A DNA stretch of 64,000 bases from Candidatus Avigastranaerophilus sp. Lineage in GTDB: Bacteria; Muiribacteriota; Ozemobacteria; Ozemobacterales; Ozemobacteraceae. Of this stretch, positions 1-9,359 are shown one piece after another. Both the position numbers and the translations under genes were made by a program. The DNA is taken from NCBI GenBank assembly GCA_045599645.1, contig JAZRWI010000004.1:76803-140802 (forward strand), in the 5' to 3' direction. The notes under the pieces are model-generated. The model made no database searches. It saw nothing but the letters and a program-made list of their open reading frames with translations, and had not been told where the DNA came from. Position 1 is the first letter of the stretch, and each line of letters starts with the position of its first letter.

Positions 1-965
1 CATTTATCTCCGGTTATAGGATCGGTTCCGATACCTTCGTAATGACCATTTTCAAGAATCTTAACTTCTTCAGGCTTTGGAGCAAGCTTAAAGAAATTAA
101 CATAATTTGCATGTGGAGCTGGTAAGTTATCGAAGTCATGTGCTTCAACCTTAGCCTTAATAACCTTAAGTTCATCTTCATTGAACAAAGGATTACCGTA
201 TGTAGCGTCTGCCTTAGCGAGGTCTGTTTCACTAGGATTTCTATCTTCAATAGCTGAATCAATCCAATAGAACCAATCTGGATGTTCTGCTATCCAATCA
301 CCATCTTTACTCTGAGTTCTGAAAGCAAATTCACAGATGACTCTGATTCCGAGCATGTGAGCGGCTTGAATAAAAGCCTTGAACTGATCTTCAACAGACA
401 TTTCAATCATTGGATCAGCAAGAGTTTCTTCAAGTTTATATGGATTCTTTATACCGTATGGAGAACCAAGGTCACCCTTGTTACCCGCATGACCAATTGA
501 GGTTACAGGAAGAAGATGAATAACACTGCAACCAAGTGCTTTTACATAACCGAGCATAGCAATAGCCTTCAGGAATGTTCCTGATTCGCGGATACCGTCA
601 GTATTAAGAGTTACGTCTACAAGGCTTCCACCCAGCTTATTGTCGCCATTATGGTCATAAGCAGTGGTTAATCTTACAAACATATTGTAAATAGCCTGGT
701 TTTCAATCCAGCTACCACCCTGCCCGTCTTCAATCTGAGGGTTAAGGGAACGAAGAGGATCAAGTCCTTCAACTCTATTAGCTTCAATGGCTGCAATATG
801 TCTTAAATAAAATTCGCCAGGATTAACATTAACGGGCTTCTGACCATCAACTGGCTCTTTGCCGGCTTCAACCCAAAGGGCGGGAACATAATACTTATGC
901 TTAAAGCATTTTTTCAGCTTTTCTAATTGGACCTTCAAGGTTTCCAATGGATTTGCAGATGTCAT
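1..965 (-). CDS. Alpha-amylase family (GH13-like) glycoside hydrolase, N-terminal part; gene runs off the window start
   Basis: Open frame on minus strand from ATG at 963-965, RBS GGAGG at 973-977, no stop to base 1. Hand translation MTSANPLETLKVQLEKL...GIRVICEFAFRTQSKDGDWIAEHPDWFYW resembles the GH13 catalytic core. Absent from the ORF track because it is open-ended. Confidence 0.55.
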   Translation of the reverse strand, partial: MTSANPLETLKVQLEKLKKCFKHKYYVPALWVEAGKEPVDGQKPVNVNPGEFYLRHIAAIEANRVEGLDPLRSLNPQIEDGQGGSWIENQAIYNMFVRLTTAYDHNGDNKLGGSLVDVTLNTDGIRESGTFLKAIAMLGYVKALGCSVIHLLPVTSIGHAGNKGDLGSPYGIKNPYKLEETLADPMIEMSVEDQFKAFIQAAHMLGIRVICEFAFRTQSKDGDWIAEHPDWFYWIDSAIEDRNPSETDLAKADATYGNPLFNEDELKVIKAKVEAHDFDNLPAPHANYVNFFKLAPKPEEVKILENGHYEGIGTDPITGDK

Positions 966-1010
966 TTACATCCTCCGATGAAAATTTTGCAGAGATTTTA
1001 CCACAATTTG

Positions 1011-1050
1011 AGCAAAAAAAAAAGACATCGATTACTCGATGTCTTTTTTT
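1011..1050 (-). terminator. Rho-independent terminator downstream of the ferredoxin gene (hairpin agacatcg/cgatgtct with flanking A/T runs)
   Basis: Stem 1023-1030 pairs with 1037-1044. A-run 1011-1022 is the T-run on the minus strand. T-run 1044-1050 on the plus strand. Confidence 0.6.
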
Positions 1051-1059
1051 AATCTTATA

Positions 1060-1230
1060 TTAGAGAGCCAAAGCTTCTACTGGGCAACCAGCAGCGCAAG
1101 CGCCACATTCGATGCAGCCTTCGCCTTTGTATGTAGCTTTGCCGTCTTTCATTTCAAGAGCTTCAACTGGGCAAGTACCAGTGCAAGCGCCACAACCGAT
1201 GCATTTAGAACTATCAACTTTAATAGCCAT
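1060..1230 (-). CDS. 2x[4Fe-4S] ferredoxin (56 aa)
   Basis: Hand translation of the minus strand gives MAIKVDSSKCIGCGACTGTCPVEALEMKDGKATYKGEGCIECGACAAGCPVEALAL*. Two CxxCxxCxxxCP motifs. RBS AAGGAG upstream. Not in the ORF track (below its length cutoff). The plus-strand ORF 1039-1275 is antisense to it. Confidence 0.85.
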   Translation of the reverse strand: MAIKVDSSKCIGCGACTGTCPVEALEMKDGKATYKGEGCIECGACAAGCPVEALAL

Positions 1231-1348
1231 TTTAGTATCTCCTTGTTCAGCTTTCGCCGATTGATTTCGTTTTGATGGGCAGATAATAACCGAAAAACGA
1301 TGTTTTGTAAAGAAGTTTTTTCTTTATAAAGTCAGAATGCTCTGATAA

Positions 1349-2494
1349 TCATAGATCATCAATTAAATTATTTATTTCTTCCTGACGTTCTTTGTCGCTC
1401 ATTTCTTCTGCCTGGCGGGCAAGAGCTTCTTCACTATATTCATCTTCATATTCTGGAGATGGTTTATCGCCATAATCCTTAGCAGTTCCTTCTTCATCTT
1501 CAGGCTCGTCTGATGGTTCAGAAGCAGTTGTTTTTTGTGTTGAAGAATCAGACGGATCAGAATTGAAAGCACTATCTTCATCTTCATCATCAGTTTCGTC
1601 TTTATCTTCATCAACGAAATTATTGAAAGCACTTTCATCCTGCTCTTTTCTAAATTCGTTGTCTTCTTTTTCGATGGATTTAACATCGGCTTCGATTTCT
1701 TTCAATTCATTTTTAGCCTTTGCCAATTCTTCCTTCTTCGCTGCGAGATCACGTTTCAAGCGTCTTCTTCGTCTTTCGTAAAGCTCATCTTTTAAAGAAT
1801 ACCAAAGTCTGTCTGCTTTATCGTAATCTTCCTGAATTTCTTGCAATTCCTGTTCAAGCTGAGGGATTCTATTTTGCAAATCTTCACGATTAGTATATGC
1901 TTCATTAAGTTTTGAAGCACGTTCATTTGCTTCAGCACGTTCCTGCATAGCAGCATCGTTCTTTTCCATTTCAGACCAGGATCTGATTCTTTCGTCTCTA
2001 AGAGAAGCGGCTACAGCACTTTCAAAGGTTTGTTGGGCTTCAGCAGTTGCTTTTAAGCGTTCTATCAGATTTCTTGTTCTATCTTTTACGCTTTCATCAT
2101 CAACAAGTTCAACAATTTTATCATAATATGTAATTGCCGTTATATTATCAGAAAAGCCTACAGACGCTAGAAAGCCACAGGTCTCAAGGAGCTTTACATC
2201 ATCAGGTGATTTTTCTAGTTTTGCAGTACAATCTTTATATGAGGCTTCGATAAGACCTTCATCATCAAGAGCAAGAACTGTTCTGTCTTTTCTTAACGCC
2301 TGAATATAAGAAGCAATTGCTTCGGATTTCTTTCCCTTTTTATTCTGGGAAATAGCATCCTCATATAGCATCTGAGCCTCGTCGCTTATTGTTGTAGTTT
2401 CTTGTCCAAAAGCAACATTAACTCCACTATATATTGAAGGAGTCATCAAGCTCAAAGCTGTTGCCAATAAAGCATAGCCACTAAACTTTCGCAT
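1349..2494 (-). CDS. Secreted hypothetical protein with TPR-like region, long coiled coil and acidic D/E-rich C-terminus
   Basis: 381-aa ORF. N-terminal signal peptide MRKFSGYALLATALSLMTPSIYS. Charged heptad-like KE-rich middle. DEDEDS-rich tail. Confidence 0.6.
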   Translation of the reverse strand: MRKFSGYALLATALSLMTPSIYSGVNVAFGQETTTISDEAQMLYEDAISQNKKGKKSEAIASYIQALRKDRTVLALDDEGLIEASYKDCTAKLEKSPDDVKLLETCGFLASVGFSDNITAITYYDKIVELVDDESVKDRTRNLIERLKATAEAQQTFESAVAASLRDERIRSWSEMEKNDAAMQERAEANERASKLNEAYTNREDLQNRIPQLEQELQEIQEDYDKADRLWYSLKDELYERRRRRLKRDLAAKKEELAKAKNELKEIEADVKSIEKEDNEFRKEQDESAFNNFVDEDKDETDDEDEDSAFNSDPSDSSTQKTTASEPSDEPEDEEGTAKDYGDKPSPEYEDEYSEEALARQAEEMSDKERQEEINNLIDDL

Positions 2495-2711
2495 ATTTAA
2501 TACCCTTATCTTGCAAGATAATTATACTTTATCATAGTTTTAATTTTTTATAAAGAGCATTAGACGTAAATTTACCTTTAAAAATAATATTCATATTTAA
2601 AGCTTTATTTGGGAAAAGTTTGTTGACGGAGTAAAAATTAGGTGCTATTAGTAATACATATACTTCACAGTTTTGAGTTTGAAGTAACAAATTTTTAGGA
2701 GTGATTTGAAT

Positions 2712-3794
2712 ATGGCACGTGTTTACAATTTTTCAGCTGGTCCAGCCGTACTTCCAGAAGCAGTATTAAAAAAAGCTGCTGAACAGATGATGGATTACGA
2801 AGGCTCTGGTATGAGCGTAATGGAAATGAGCCACCGCTCTACTTATTATCAGAAAATCATTGATGATGCCGAAGCTGGTATCCGCAAATTGATGGCTATT
2901 CCTGAAAACTATAAGGTTCTCTTCCTTCAGGGTGGTGCTAACCTTCAGTTCTTGATGATTCCTATGAATCTTGCTGTAACTAAGAAGGTTGACTTCATCG
3001 ATTCAGGCGAATGGTCTGGAAGAGCTATCCAGGAAGCCAAAAAATATGGTTGTGACTGCCATGTAGTTGCTTCATCTCAGGCTGACAACAACACCTACTA
3101 TCCAAAGTATAAAGCAGAAGATATCAGAAAAGACGCTGACTATTTCCACGTAACTACTAATAATACTATTTTCGGTACTAAGTCTATGTGGACTCCAAAG
3201 ATTGATATCCCGATAGTAGCAGATATGTCTTCTAACATCATGTCTGAACGCTTCAACGTAGCTGACTATGGTCTGATTTACGCTGGTGCTCAGAAAAACA
3301 TCGGTCCTGCTGGTGTTACAATTGTTATCGTTCGTGATGACCTTATCGGCAAAATCCCGAACCTCCCAACAATGTTAGACTATAAGACCCATGCAGACAA
3401 GGGTTCTATGTATAACACTCCGCCAACCTATGGTATCTACATTGCTAAGTTAGTATTCGATCACATGCTTGCTCAGGGCGGCGTTGAATACTACGAACAG
3501 CTCAACAAAAAGAAAGCTGCTATCCTTTATGAAGCAATCGACAGCTGCAAGAACATTAAAGCTCATGTAACTCCAGAAAATGCTGATAGCCGCTCAATCA
3601 TGAATATCCCATTCTTTGGTCCAAATGATGATTTCAACAAGAAATTCATCGCTGAAGCAAAGGCTCAGGGCTTTGAAACCCTCAAGGGTCACAAGAAGAT
3701 TGGTGGTATGAGAGCTTCTATCTACAACGCAATGCCATTGGAAGGCTGCGAAAAGCTCGCTAAGTTCATCGTTGAATTCGATAAGAACAACTAA
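2712..3794 (+). CDS. serC: Phosphoserine aminotransferase
   Basis: MARVYNFSAGPAVLPEAVL...MSHRS motif typical of SerC. AGGAG at 2697-2701 sits 10 nt before the ATG at 2712. The track start at 2706 is TTG. Confidence 0.9.
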   Translation: MARVYNFSAGPAVLPEAVLKKAAEQMMDYEGSGMSVMEMSHRSTYYQKIIDDAEAGIRKLMAIPENYKVLFLQGGANLQFLMIPMNLAVTKKVDFIDSGEWSGRAIQEAKKYGCDCHVVASSQADNNTYYPKYKAEDIRKDADYFHVTTNNTIFGTKSMWTPKIDIPIVADMSSNIMSERFNVADYGLIYAGAQKNIGPAGVTIVIVRDDLIGKIPNLPTMLDYKTHADKGSMYNTPPTYGIYIAKLVFDHMLAQGGVEYYEQLNKKKAAILYEAIDSCKNIKAHVTPENADSRSIMNIPFFGPNDDFNKKFIAEAKAQGFETLKGHKKIGGMRASIYNAMPLEGCEKLAKFIVEFDKNN

Positions 3795-3813
3795 TTAGCA
3801 TTATTAAAATAAA

Positions 3814-3845
3814 GCCGGATAAGAAAAACTTATTCGGCTTTTTAA
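3814..3845 (+). terminator. Rho-independent terminator after serC
   Basis: gccggataag/cttattcggc stem followed by TTTTT. Confidence 0.6.
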
Positions 3846-3876
3846 TGAAATATTGAATTTGGAAAGGATACATAAT

Positions 3877-4812
3877 ATGTCTAAGAAGATTTTAGTTGCT
3901 ACAGAAAAACCATTTGCAAAAGAAGCCGTTGATAAAATGAAAGCCGCTCTCAAAGCTGGCTATGAAATGACTTTTCTTGAAAAATATACAAGCGTAGATG
4001 AATTCAAAGCTGCAGTTAAGGATGTTGACGCTCTCATCATCAGAAGCGATAAAGCTACAAAAGAAATCATGGACGCTGCCAAGAATCTTAAGATTATCGT
4101 AAGAGCTGGTGCAGGTTTTGATAATATCGACCTTCCAGAAGCAACTGCTCATAACCTCGTAGCTATGAACACTCCTGGCCAGAACTCTAATGCTGTTGCA
4201 GAACTTGCTATCGGTATGATGATTATGATTGCCCGCAACAATTACAATGGCAAATCTGGTTCTGAAATTAATGGTAAGAAGCTTGGTATTTACGGTTACG
4301 GCAATGTTGGTCGTCTCCTTGGCAAATACGCTATGGGCTTTGGTATGGAAGTTATCGCTTATGACCCATTCCTTACTAAAGAACAAATCGAAGCTACAGG
4401 TGCTAAGCAGTGCACTGACCTCGACGAACTCTTCGGTACTTGCCATTATGTATCACTTCACTGCCCGGCAAACGATGAAACCAAGAATTCTATCAATATG
4501 AGCAAGATGGGCAAAATGCCAACAGGTGCTACACTTGTTAATACTGCTCGTAAAGAAGTTGTTTGCGAAGAATCACTCAAGAAGATTCTTGCCGAAAGAC
4601 CAGACTTCAAGTATGTTGCAGACGTTGCTCCAGACTGTGCTGCTGAATTGAAAGAAAAATATGCTGACCGCGTATTCTTCACTCCAAAGAAGCTCGGAGC
4701 TCAGACCGAAGAAGCTAACATTAATGCCGGCGTTGCAGCAGTTAAGCAGATTATGGACTTCCTTGAAAATGGTCTCCATGATGGCAACAAGAGATTCAAA
4801 GTTAACAAATAA
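3877..4812 (+). CDS. serA: D-3-phosphoglycerate dehydrogenase-type 2-hydroxyacid dehydrogenase (short form)
   Basis: D-isomer-specific 2-hydroxyacid dehydrogenase fold (GxGxxG NAD site, RAGAGFDNID). Follows serC. ATG at 3877 with AAGGA RBS. The track start at 3853 is TTG. Confidence 0.75.
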   Translation: MSKKILVATEKPFAKEAVDKMKAALKAGYEMTFLEKYTSVDEFKAAVKDVDALIIRSDKATKEIMDAAKNLKIIVRAGAGFDNIDLPEATAHNLVAMNTPGQNSNAVAELAIGMMIMIARNNYNGKSGSEINGKKLGIYGYGNVGRLLGKYAMGFGMEVIAYDPFLTKEQIEATGAKQCTDLDELFGTCHYVSLHCPANDETKNSINMSKMGKMPTGATLVNTARKEVVCEESLKKILAERPDFKYVADVAPDCAAELKEKYADRVFFTPKKLGAQTEEANINAGVAAVKQIMDFLENGLHDGNKRFKVNK

Positions 4813-4838
4813 TTTTGTAATTCTGAAAAAATAACTAA

Positions 4839-4878
4839 AAAGCGGTGTGATTATATCTCACCGCTTTTTCTTTTTTAT
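4839..4878 (+). terminator. Rho-independent terminator after serA
   Basis: agcggtg...caccgct stem followed by a T-rich run. Confidence 0.6.
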
Positions 4879-4949
4879 TTTCTTCATATTCAAATACTTT
4901 ACTTTACAAGAATATTATATAAATGTTATAAATTTGCAGAGGTATAATA

Positions 4950-5546
4950 ATGGCAAAAGGTATAGCATTTTTTGACTTTGACGGAACAATTACAACAACA
5001 GATAGTTTTTTTAGATTCCTGATTTTCTGTTTTGGTTGGAAAGCCGTTTTGGGTAAAGCAGCCAATATTATCCCTATTCTATTTTCTTATGCATTTAAAT
5101 TCTGCGACAATGAAACAGCTAAGCAATCAGTAACTTCGACCTTTTTCAGAGGCTGGGACGAAGCTAAGTTTGACGAATACTGTCAAAGATATGCTGAAGA
5201 AGAATTAGACAAAATAATTAGGCCCAAAGCAATAGAAAAAATTAAATGGCATCAGGAACAAGGTCATGAAGTTTACCTTGTATCAGCTTCCTTCACCAAA
5301 TATCTAAAGTTCTTTGCCGAAAAGTATGATATGACAGTGCTTGGTACAGAACTGGAAGTAGTTGATGGCAAATTAACAGGCTGGTTTGCTTCCAGAAACT
5401 GCTGGGGTCCAGAAAAAATAGAAAGAATCAATGAAGCAGTTCCCGACTTGGATACCTATGATGATACTTACGGATACGGTGATTCAATCGGGGACAAAAT
5501 CGGTATGCTTACCATAGTAAACCACCCTGAATACAGAGTATTCTAA
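4950..5546 (+). CDS. HAD superfamily hydrolase, subfamily IB; candidate phosphoserine phosphatase
   Basis: Motif I FFDFDGTITTTD and C-terminal GDSIGD motif. Lies directly downstream of serC-serA. Confidence 0.65.
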   Translation: MAKGIAFFDFDGTITTTDSFFRFLIFCFGWKAVLGKAANIIPILFSYAFKFCDNETAKQSVTSTFFRGWDEAKFDEYCQRYAEEELDKIIRPKAIEKIKWHQEQGHEVYLVSASFTKYLKFFAEKYDMTVLGTELEVVDGKLTGWFASRNCWGPEKIERINEAVPDLDTYDDTYGYGDSIGDKIGMLTIVNHPEYRVF

Positions 5547-5633
5547 TAACATCCTATAACCTTTTCAATTTATATCCTATGGAGACCTTTTTTTGCCGAT
5601 AAATAATAAAAAAATATATATTAAGGTGAACAA

Positions 5634-6452
5634 ATGTCTAAAAATATTTTAACTTCTGCTGTTGTAGGTCTTTTGTTATTTGGTAGTGTTATGAGTGCTG
5701 ACGCAAAGATTTGTATCAGCTGTAGCTGCGAAATTCCAGATAATGCCACCTTTTGTTCTAATTGTCTTACACCTCAGCCACAGGCTGCCAATCTCGGACA
5801 GCAACGTATGCAAAAAGAACCAAGGGAAGTCATTCTAGACATGTTTGCTTTTATTGATCAGTATCAGGCTTATTTTAATGATATGGAATACCTTAATATA
5901 CTTGGGAAAATGCCTGAAATAAAGACTCAATTCCAAAATGCATCAATAAGATATAGAAATATAGAAAAGATGCTTCCTGAAGAATGCAGGCTACTAGCAA
6001 ATATTTATGCTGCTAAATATCAGTTATTTGATGGAATCACTAATGTAATGAAGAATCTAAGAATAGATTCAGGTCATAGAAATGCATTACTCAAATCTGC
6101 ACTTCTAGTAATGTCCTATTATAACGATATTATCAATGAATTCAGAACTCCAAGAGTCTGGGACGCTGCGAATATGGAACAGCTAAAAAAGCAGATAAAA
6201 AATGTTTCTGAAAGATCTCAAAAGTATCAAGTAACATCAGAATACTTAAAACTGGACGAAACTAAAGTTCCACGCGGTGAAAGTGTGATGGTGCTTGCAA
6301 TAGCCAATAAAAAAGCATTTGTAATGTATATGGGACCGAGCATGACACACGAACCAGTTCAGGCTAACATTCCATTATCAACCTTAGAAAAGCGTACAAC
6401 ATGGAAAAAGGCTAATGAATTCTTTTTTGAGGATATTAAACTAGCACATTAA
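5634..6452 (+). CDS. Hypothetical exported/membrane-anchored protein with Cys-rich zinc-ribbon-like motif
   Basis: 272-aa ORF. N-terminal hydrophobic segment, then CISCSCEIPDNATFCSNC. Confidence 0.55.
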   Translation: MSKNILTSAVVGLLLFGSVMSADAKICISCSCEIPDNATFCSNCLTPQPQAANLGQQRMQKEPREVILDMFAFIDQYQAYFNDMEYLNILGKMPEIKTQFQNASIRYRNIEKMLPEECRLLANIYAAKYQLFDGITNVMKNLRIDSGHRNALLKSALLVMSYYNDIINEFRTPRVWDAANMEQLKKQIKNVSERSQKYQVTSEYLKLDETKVPRGESVMVLAIANKKAFVMYMGPSMTHEPVQANIPLSTLEKRTTWKKANEFFFEDIKLAH

Positions 6453-6457
6453 TTTAC

Positions 6458-7315
6458 TCAAGCCAATACGTTAAAAGACCCTTGAGTAATCTGGCTTACA
6501 GCACCGCTGATGTAACCATAAAGAGCTTTTGCCTGATTGGCAAGATAACGGTTAAAATTCTGTGGTGCTGTTTCTGTCTGAGAGTAGGCCAATTCGTCTT
6601 CACTAGGAACCATGTATGATGGTGTAACTCTCTCAGAACTATCAACAGCAGAAACATCTGCAGTATTTAAACTATTATTTATAGCATTCTGATTTAACTG
6701 AACGCCATCGTTTAAATCATTTGCATTTAATGCAACACCAACATTAGCAGCCGGAGGAGCAATAGGTGCAATATTATTAGTTTCTAATCTTACACCGTTA
6801 TCCTGGAAAATAGGATTCTGTTCAGTGCCAATGCCATTTCTTACATTTGCAATAGCTGTTTGCAGAGTCGGCTTAACACCTTCAAGCGGCCGTAATTCAT
6901 CAGTTCTGATATCAAGTTTAACCTGATTCGGTTCAGTAATTGGTGCAGCAACGGCAACTTCGCTTTCAGGCATCAGACTGTTCAAACCGTTTGGGGCAAG
7001 AACATCTGAGGTGCCTCTTAACACTCCATCAGTTGCCGGAATTGTTGAATTATTCAGAGAATGAGCAATAGAATTATCAGCAACTCTTGCTATTGGTGAT
7101 GAAATATTAGCATCTGTTGGAGCTGAATATGTTACAGCAGTGTCTCTTTGTGGAACATAGGTATCTACCTGCTTTTGAAAGGAATCAAGAGCAGTAGCCT
7201 GAGGCTCACTGACTACAGGCAAATTGTGAACCTGACTCTTTAAATGAGTCGGTTCTGCATTCATGTAGTCTATTTGATAGGTATATCTAATACCTTTTAC
7301 TGTAGATGCGTCCAT
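6458..7315 (-). CDS. Hypothetical protein, low-complexity N/A/P/S-rich
   Basis: 297-aa track ORF begins at TTG 7351. An in-frame ATG at 7313-7315 lies 7 nt downstream of a TATAAT element, so it is likely the true start (leaderless). Confidence 0.5.
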   Translation of the reverse strand: MDASTVKGIRYTYQIDYMNAEPTHLKSQVHNLPVVSEPQATALDSFQKQVDTYVPQRDTAVTYSAPTDANISSPIARVADNSIAHSLNNSTIPATDGVLRGTSDVLAPNGLNSLMPESEVAVAAPITEPNQVKLDIRTDELRPLEGVKPTLQTAIANVRNGIGTEQNPIFQDNGVRLETNNIAPIAPPAANVGVALNANDLNDGVQLNQNAINNSLNTADVSAVDSSERVTPSYMVPSEDELAYSQTETAPQNFNRYLANQAKALYGYISGAVSQITQGSFNVLA

Positions 7316-7322
7316 ATTTATA

Positions 7323-7351
7323 ATTATAACCCTGCCCTCTAGTTTTAGCAA
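7323..7351 (-). promoter_or_regulatory. Near-consensus sigma70-type promoter (TTGCTA-17-TATAAT) ending 7 nt before the ATG at 7315
   Basis: Read on the minus strand: TTGCTA (7346-7351), 17-nt spacer, TATAAT (7323-7328), 7 nt, ATG. The heptamer array starts 12 nt upstream. Confidence 0.45.
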
Positions 7352-7363
7352 GCAGAAAGAAAC

Positions 7364-7518
7364 AGAAGCTGGAAGCTGGAAAGCTGGAAGCTGGAAAGCT
7401 GGAAGCTGGAAAGCTGGAAGCTAGAAAGATGGAAGCTGGAAGCTAGAAAGCTGGAAAGCTTTTATATAACTATACATTATTATTTTCGCTCTTAGCTTTT
7501 GCCTATTGGCCGAGAAAA
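7364..7518. repeat. R1 composite intergenic repeat, copy 1: (GGAAGCT/GGAAAGCT)n microsatellite 7364-7460 plus conserved tail (agcttttatataacta...ttggccgagaaaa)
   Basis: About 13 heptamer/octamer units with a 15-nt super-period. The tail motifs recur at 9271-9350. A hairpin gccgagaa/ttctcggc follows at 7508-7547. Confidence 0.85.
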
Positions 7519-7674
7519 GTTGAGCAATACCAACCAATAAATTCTCGGCTAAAAGCAATAATAATCAAACAATCAAACTTTATCACAAAAATTTATAGCT
7601 ACAATAACTATGTTGATAAAAGGATATAAAAGCGGTAATATTATATTATTAATCTTACCTTTGGAGATATAAAC

Positions 7675-8358
7675 ATGAATGAAGAACTAAATAAAAAATT
7701 ATTGGAAGCTGTAAAAACAGCAAATTCTCCCGAAGGATTTAAAGCAGTAGAAAAATTATTAAAAGATGGTGCTGATGCCAATACTCAAGAGCCATCAGGA
7801 TTAACCCCACTTTCATTATTGCTTTTAAATAACGACGCACATGGTTATGGCACTGCAAAAGCAATGAATCTTCTTCTTGAAAACGGTGCAAACCCCAATG
7901 TTGCAATTAAATGCTCAGATCCTCGTTTTGATAAATATACCCCACTTTTTATAGCAATTACTACACCAAATCCAAACCCAGCACTCGTAGAAACCTTGCT
8001 AAACCATGGAGCAAATCCAAATGCACCTTTCAGAAACGCAAATATATTAATGAATATTGCTGCTGGTCAGGAAAACACAAAAATATTGAAACTTATGATA
8101 AAAGCTGGTGCTAATGTAAATGCAACCGACCCGGATGGTCTCACAGCTCTGATGTATGCAGCCTTTAACAAAAACTGTCCAGAACAGATGATTACCGAAT
8201 TATTGAAGAGCGGTGCAAATCCAAATATTGTTGAATCACGTGGTATCAGCGCAATTGATTATATCAAAGCATCAGAAACCCTTAGTGATTATTTGAAGAG
8301 AGAACTAGTTTTGATGAGCACACTTAAATCAAATAATCTTTTAAATGGCAATAATTAA
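7675..8358 (+). CDS. Ankyrin-repeat protein
   Basis: Five or more repeats with G(A/T)(D/N)(A/P/V)N cores, e.g. LLENGANPNV, LLNHGANPNA, MIKAGANVNATDPDGLTALMYAA, LLKSGANPNI. Confidence 0.8.
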   Translation: MNEELNKKLLEAVKTANSPEGFKAVEKLLKDGADANTQEPSGLTPLSLLLLNNDAHGYGTAKAMNLLLENGANPNVAIKCSDPRFDKYTPLFIAITTPNPNPALVETLLNHGANPNAPFRNANILMNIAAGQENTKILKLMIKAGANVNATDPDGLTALMYAAFNKNCPEQMITELLKSGANPNIVESRGISAIDYIKASETLSDYLKRELVLMSTLKSNNLLNGNN

Positions 8359-9191
8359 TTGATTGCCGGCAGATGACTCTGAATATAAGCCAAGGTTTTG
8401 GAACGCTGTTCCAATTTGCTTAGGCTTATTTCGGGGATGCTTACATGAGATAATTCTGCTAATTCCAGTTCAGCTCTGACATTCAAAAAGTCCGTTCCTG
8501 TAGCTTTTATTGCAGAATCAACTTCTTCTATATAATCAGAATATTCCTTTTGCTTTTGTAAGGCAGCTTTCATATATCTATTAGAATTATACAGCTTATC
8601 TGATTCTACTTCTGAACTCCTGACAAACAGCTTTTTCTTTGGTTTGAAAGAATCGTCAGTGCTCATGTCATTAATTAGCTTGGTTACCTTTTTCAAAGCA
8701 TCACGAATAGGCATAGAAGCCAAATAAAGTTTTTTATCCTCGTTGTAAATATTATCAATTAGTTTTTTGTAAGAATTGAGGCCTTTGTGCTGATTAAGCA
8801 GAGCTTTTGCCTGTCTGTATTTTTCTGCAATCTCATAGCAATTTTCCTCAAAAAACTTGTTGCTTTCATGAATTATTATTAATTCTATAATTCCACATGC
8901 GACAATATTTGTTATAAAAACAGCTATACTGATTTTAGTATAGTAATTCAAGAGGAAAATATCTATGCCGCTAATAACACTAGTAACAGTTAAAATCCTG
9001 AACGCAACAGAATAGTTTTTCCTTGACACAAATTCGAGAACAAAAGCTAAGTATGCAAGCACTGCTAATATCAAAATAGCAACATTGCCAAATCTTATTA
9101 TAAGCAAAAAACCAATTGAGCAAACAATAGAATCTATATTGCTAGACCAAAAGGATGTCGTTTTGTTATATTTTTCTATTTCATTAGCCAT
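8355..9191 (-). CDS. Hypothetical integral membrane protein (4 predicted TM helices) with coiled-coil C-terminal domain
   Basis: 278-aa ORF. Hydrophobic N-terminal third and a charged K/E-rich remainder. Its stop overlaps the ankyrin gene stop (TTAATTAA). Confidence 0.55.
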   Translation of the reverse strand: MANEIEKYNKTTSFWSSNIDSIVCSIGFLLIIRFGNVAILILAVLAYLAFVLEFVSRKNYSVAFRILTVTSVISGIDIFLLNYYTKISIAVFITNIVACGIIELIIIHESNKFFEENCYEIAEKYRQAKALLNQHKGLNSYKKLIDNIYNEDKKLYLASMPIRDALKKVTKLINDMSTDDSFKPKKKLFVRSSEVESDKLYNSNRYMKAALQKQKEYSDYIEEVDSAIKATGTDFLNVRAELELAELSHVSIPEISLSKLEQRSKTLAYIQSHLPAIN

Positions 9192-9237
9192 AACTCTATT
9201 TTACAATACTTGCACCATTTTAACAATTTGATTTTAT

Positions 9238-9350
9238 TGGAAGCTGGAAAGCCTGAAAGCCAGAAGTTAGATAAGCTTTTATATAACTAGATGTATAAGT
9301 TTGATTTAATACGTTGTTTGCTATTAGCTTTTGGCTGTTGGCCGAGAAAA
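9238..9350. repeat. R1 composite intergenic repeat, copy 2 (short heptamer run plus conserved tail)
   Basis: ggaagctggaaagcctgaaagccagaag, then agcttttatataacta ... ttagcttttggctgttggccgagaaaa. Same orientation as copy 1. Confidence 0.8.
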
Positions 9351-9359
9351 TCCCCCAAG

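Noticed and set aside
1039-1275. Plus-strand 78-aa ORF
   Set aside because: Antisense to the clearly conserved minus-strand 2x[4Fe-4S] ferredoxin (CxxCxxCxxxCP x2).
3892-4779. Several antisense or alternative-frame ORFs inside serA (3892-4446, 4229-4501, 4458-4682, 4573-4779)
   Set aside because: Embedded within a well-supported dehydrogenase gene. No independent signal.
7364-7460. Heptamer/15-nt-period repeat as a coding repeat (EAGKL-type)
   Set aside because: All three frames hit stops within or just after the array. No start codon. It lies in a divergent promoter region.
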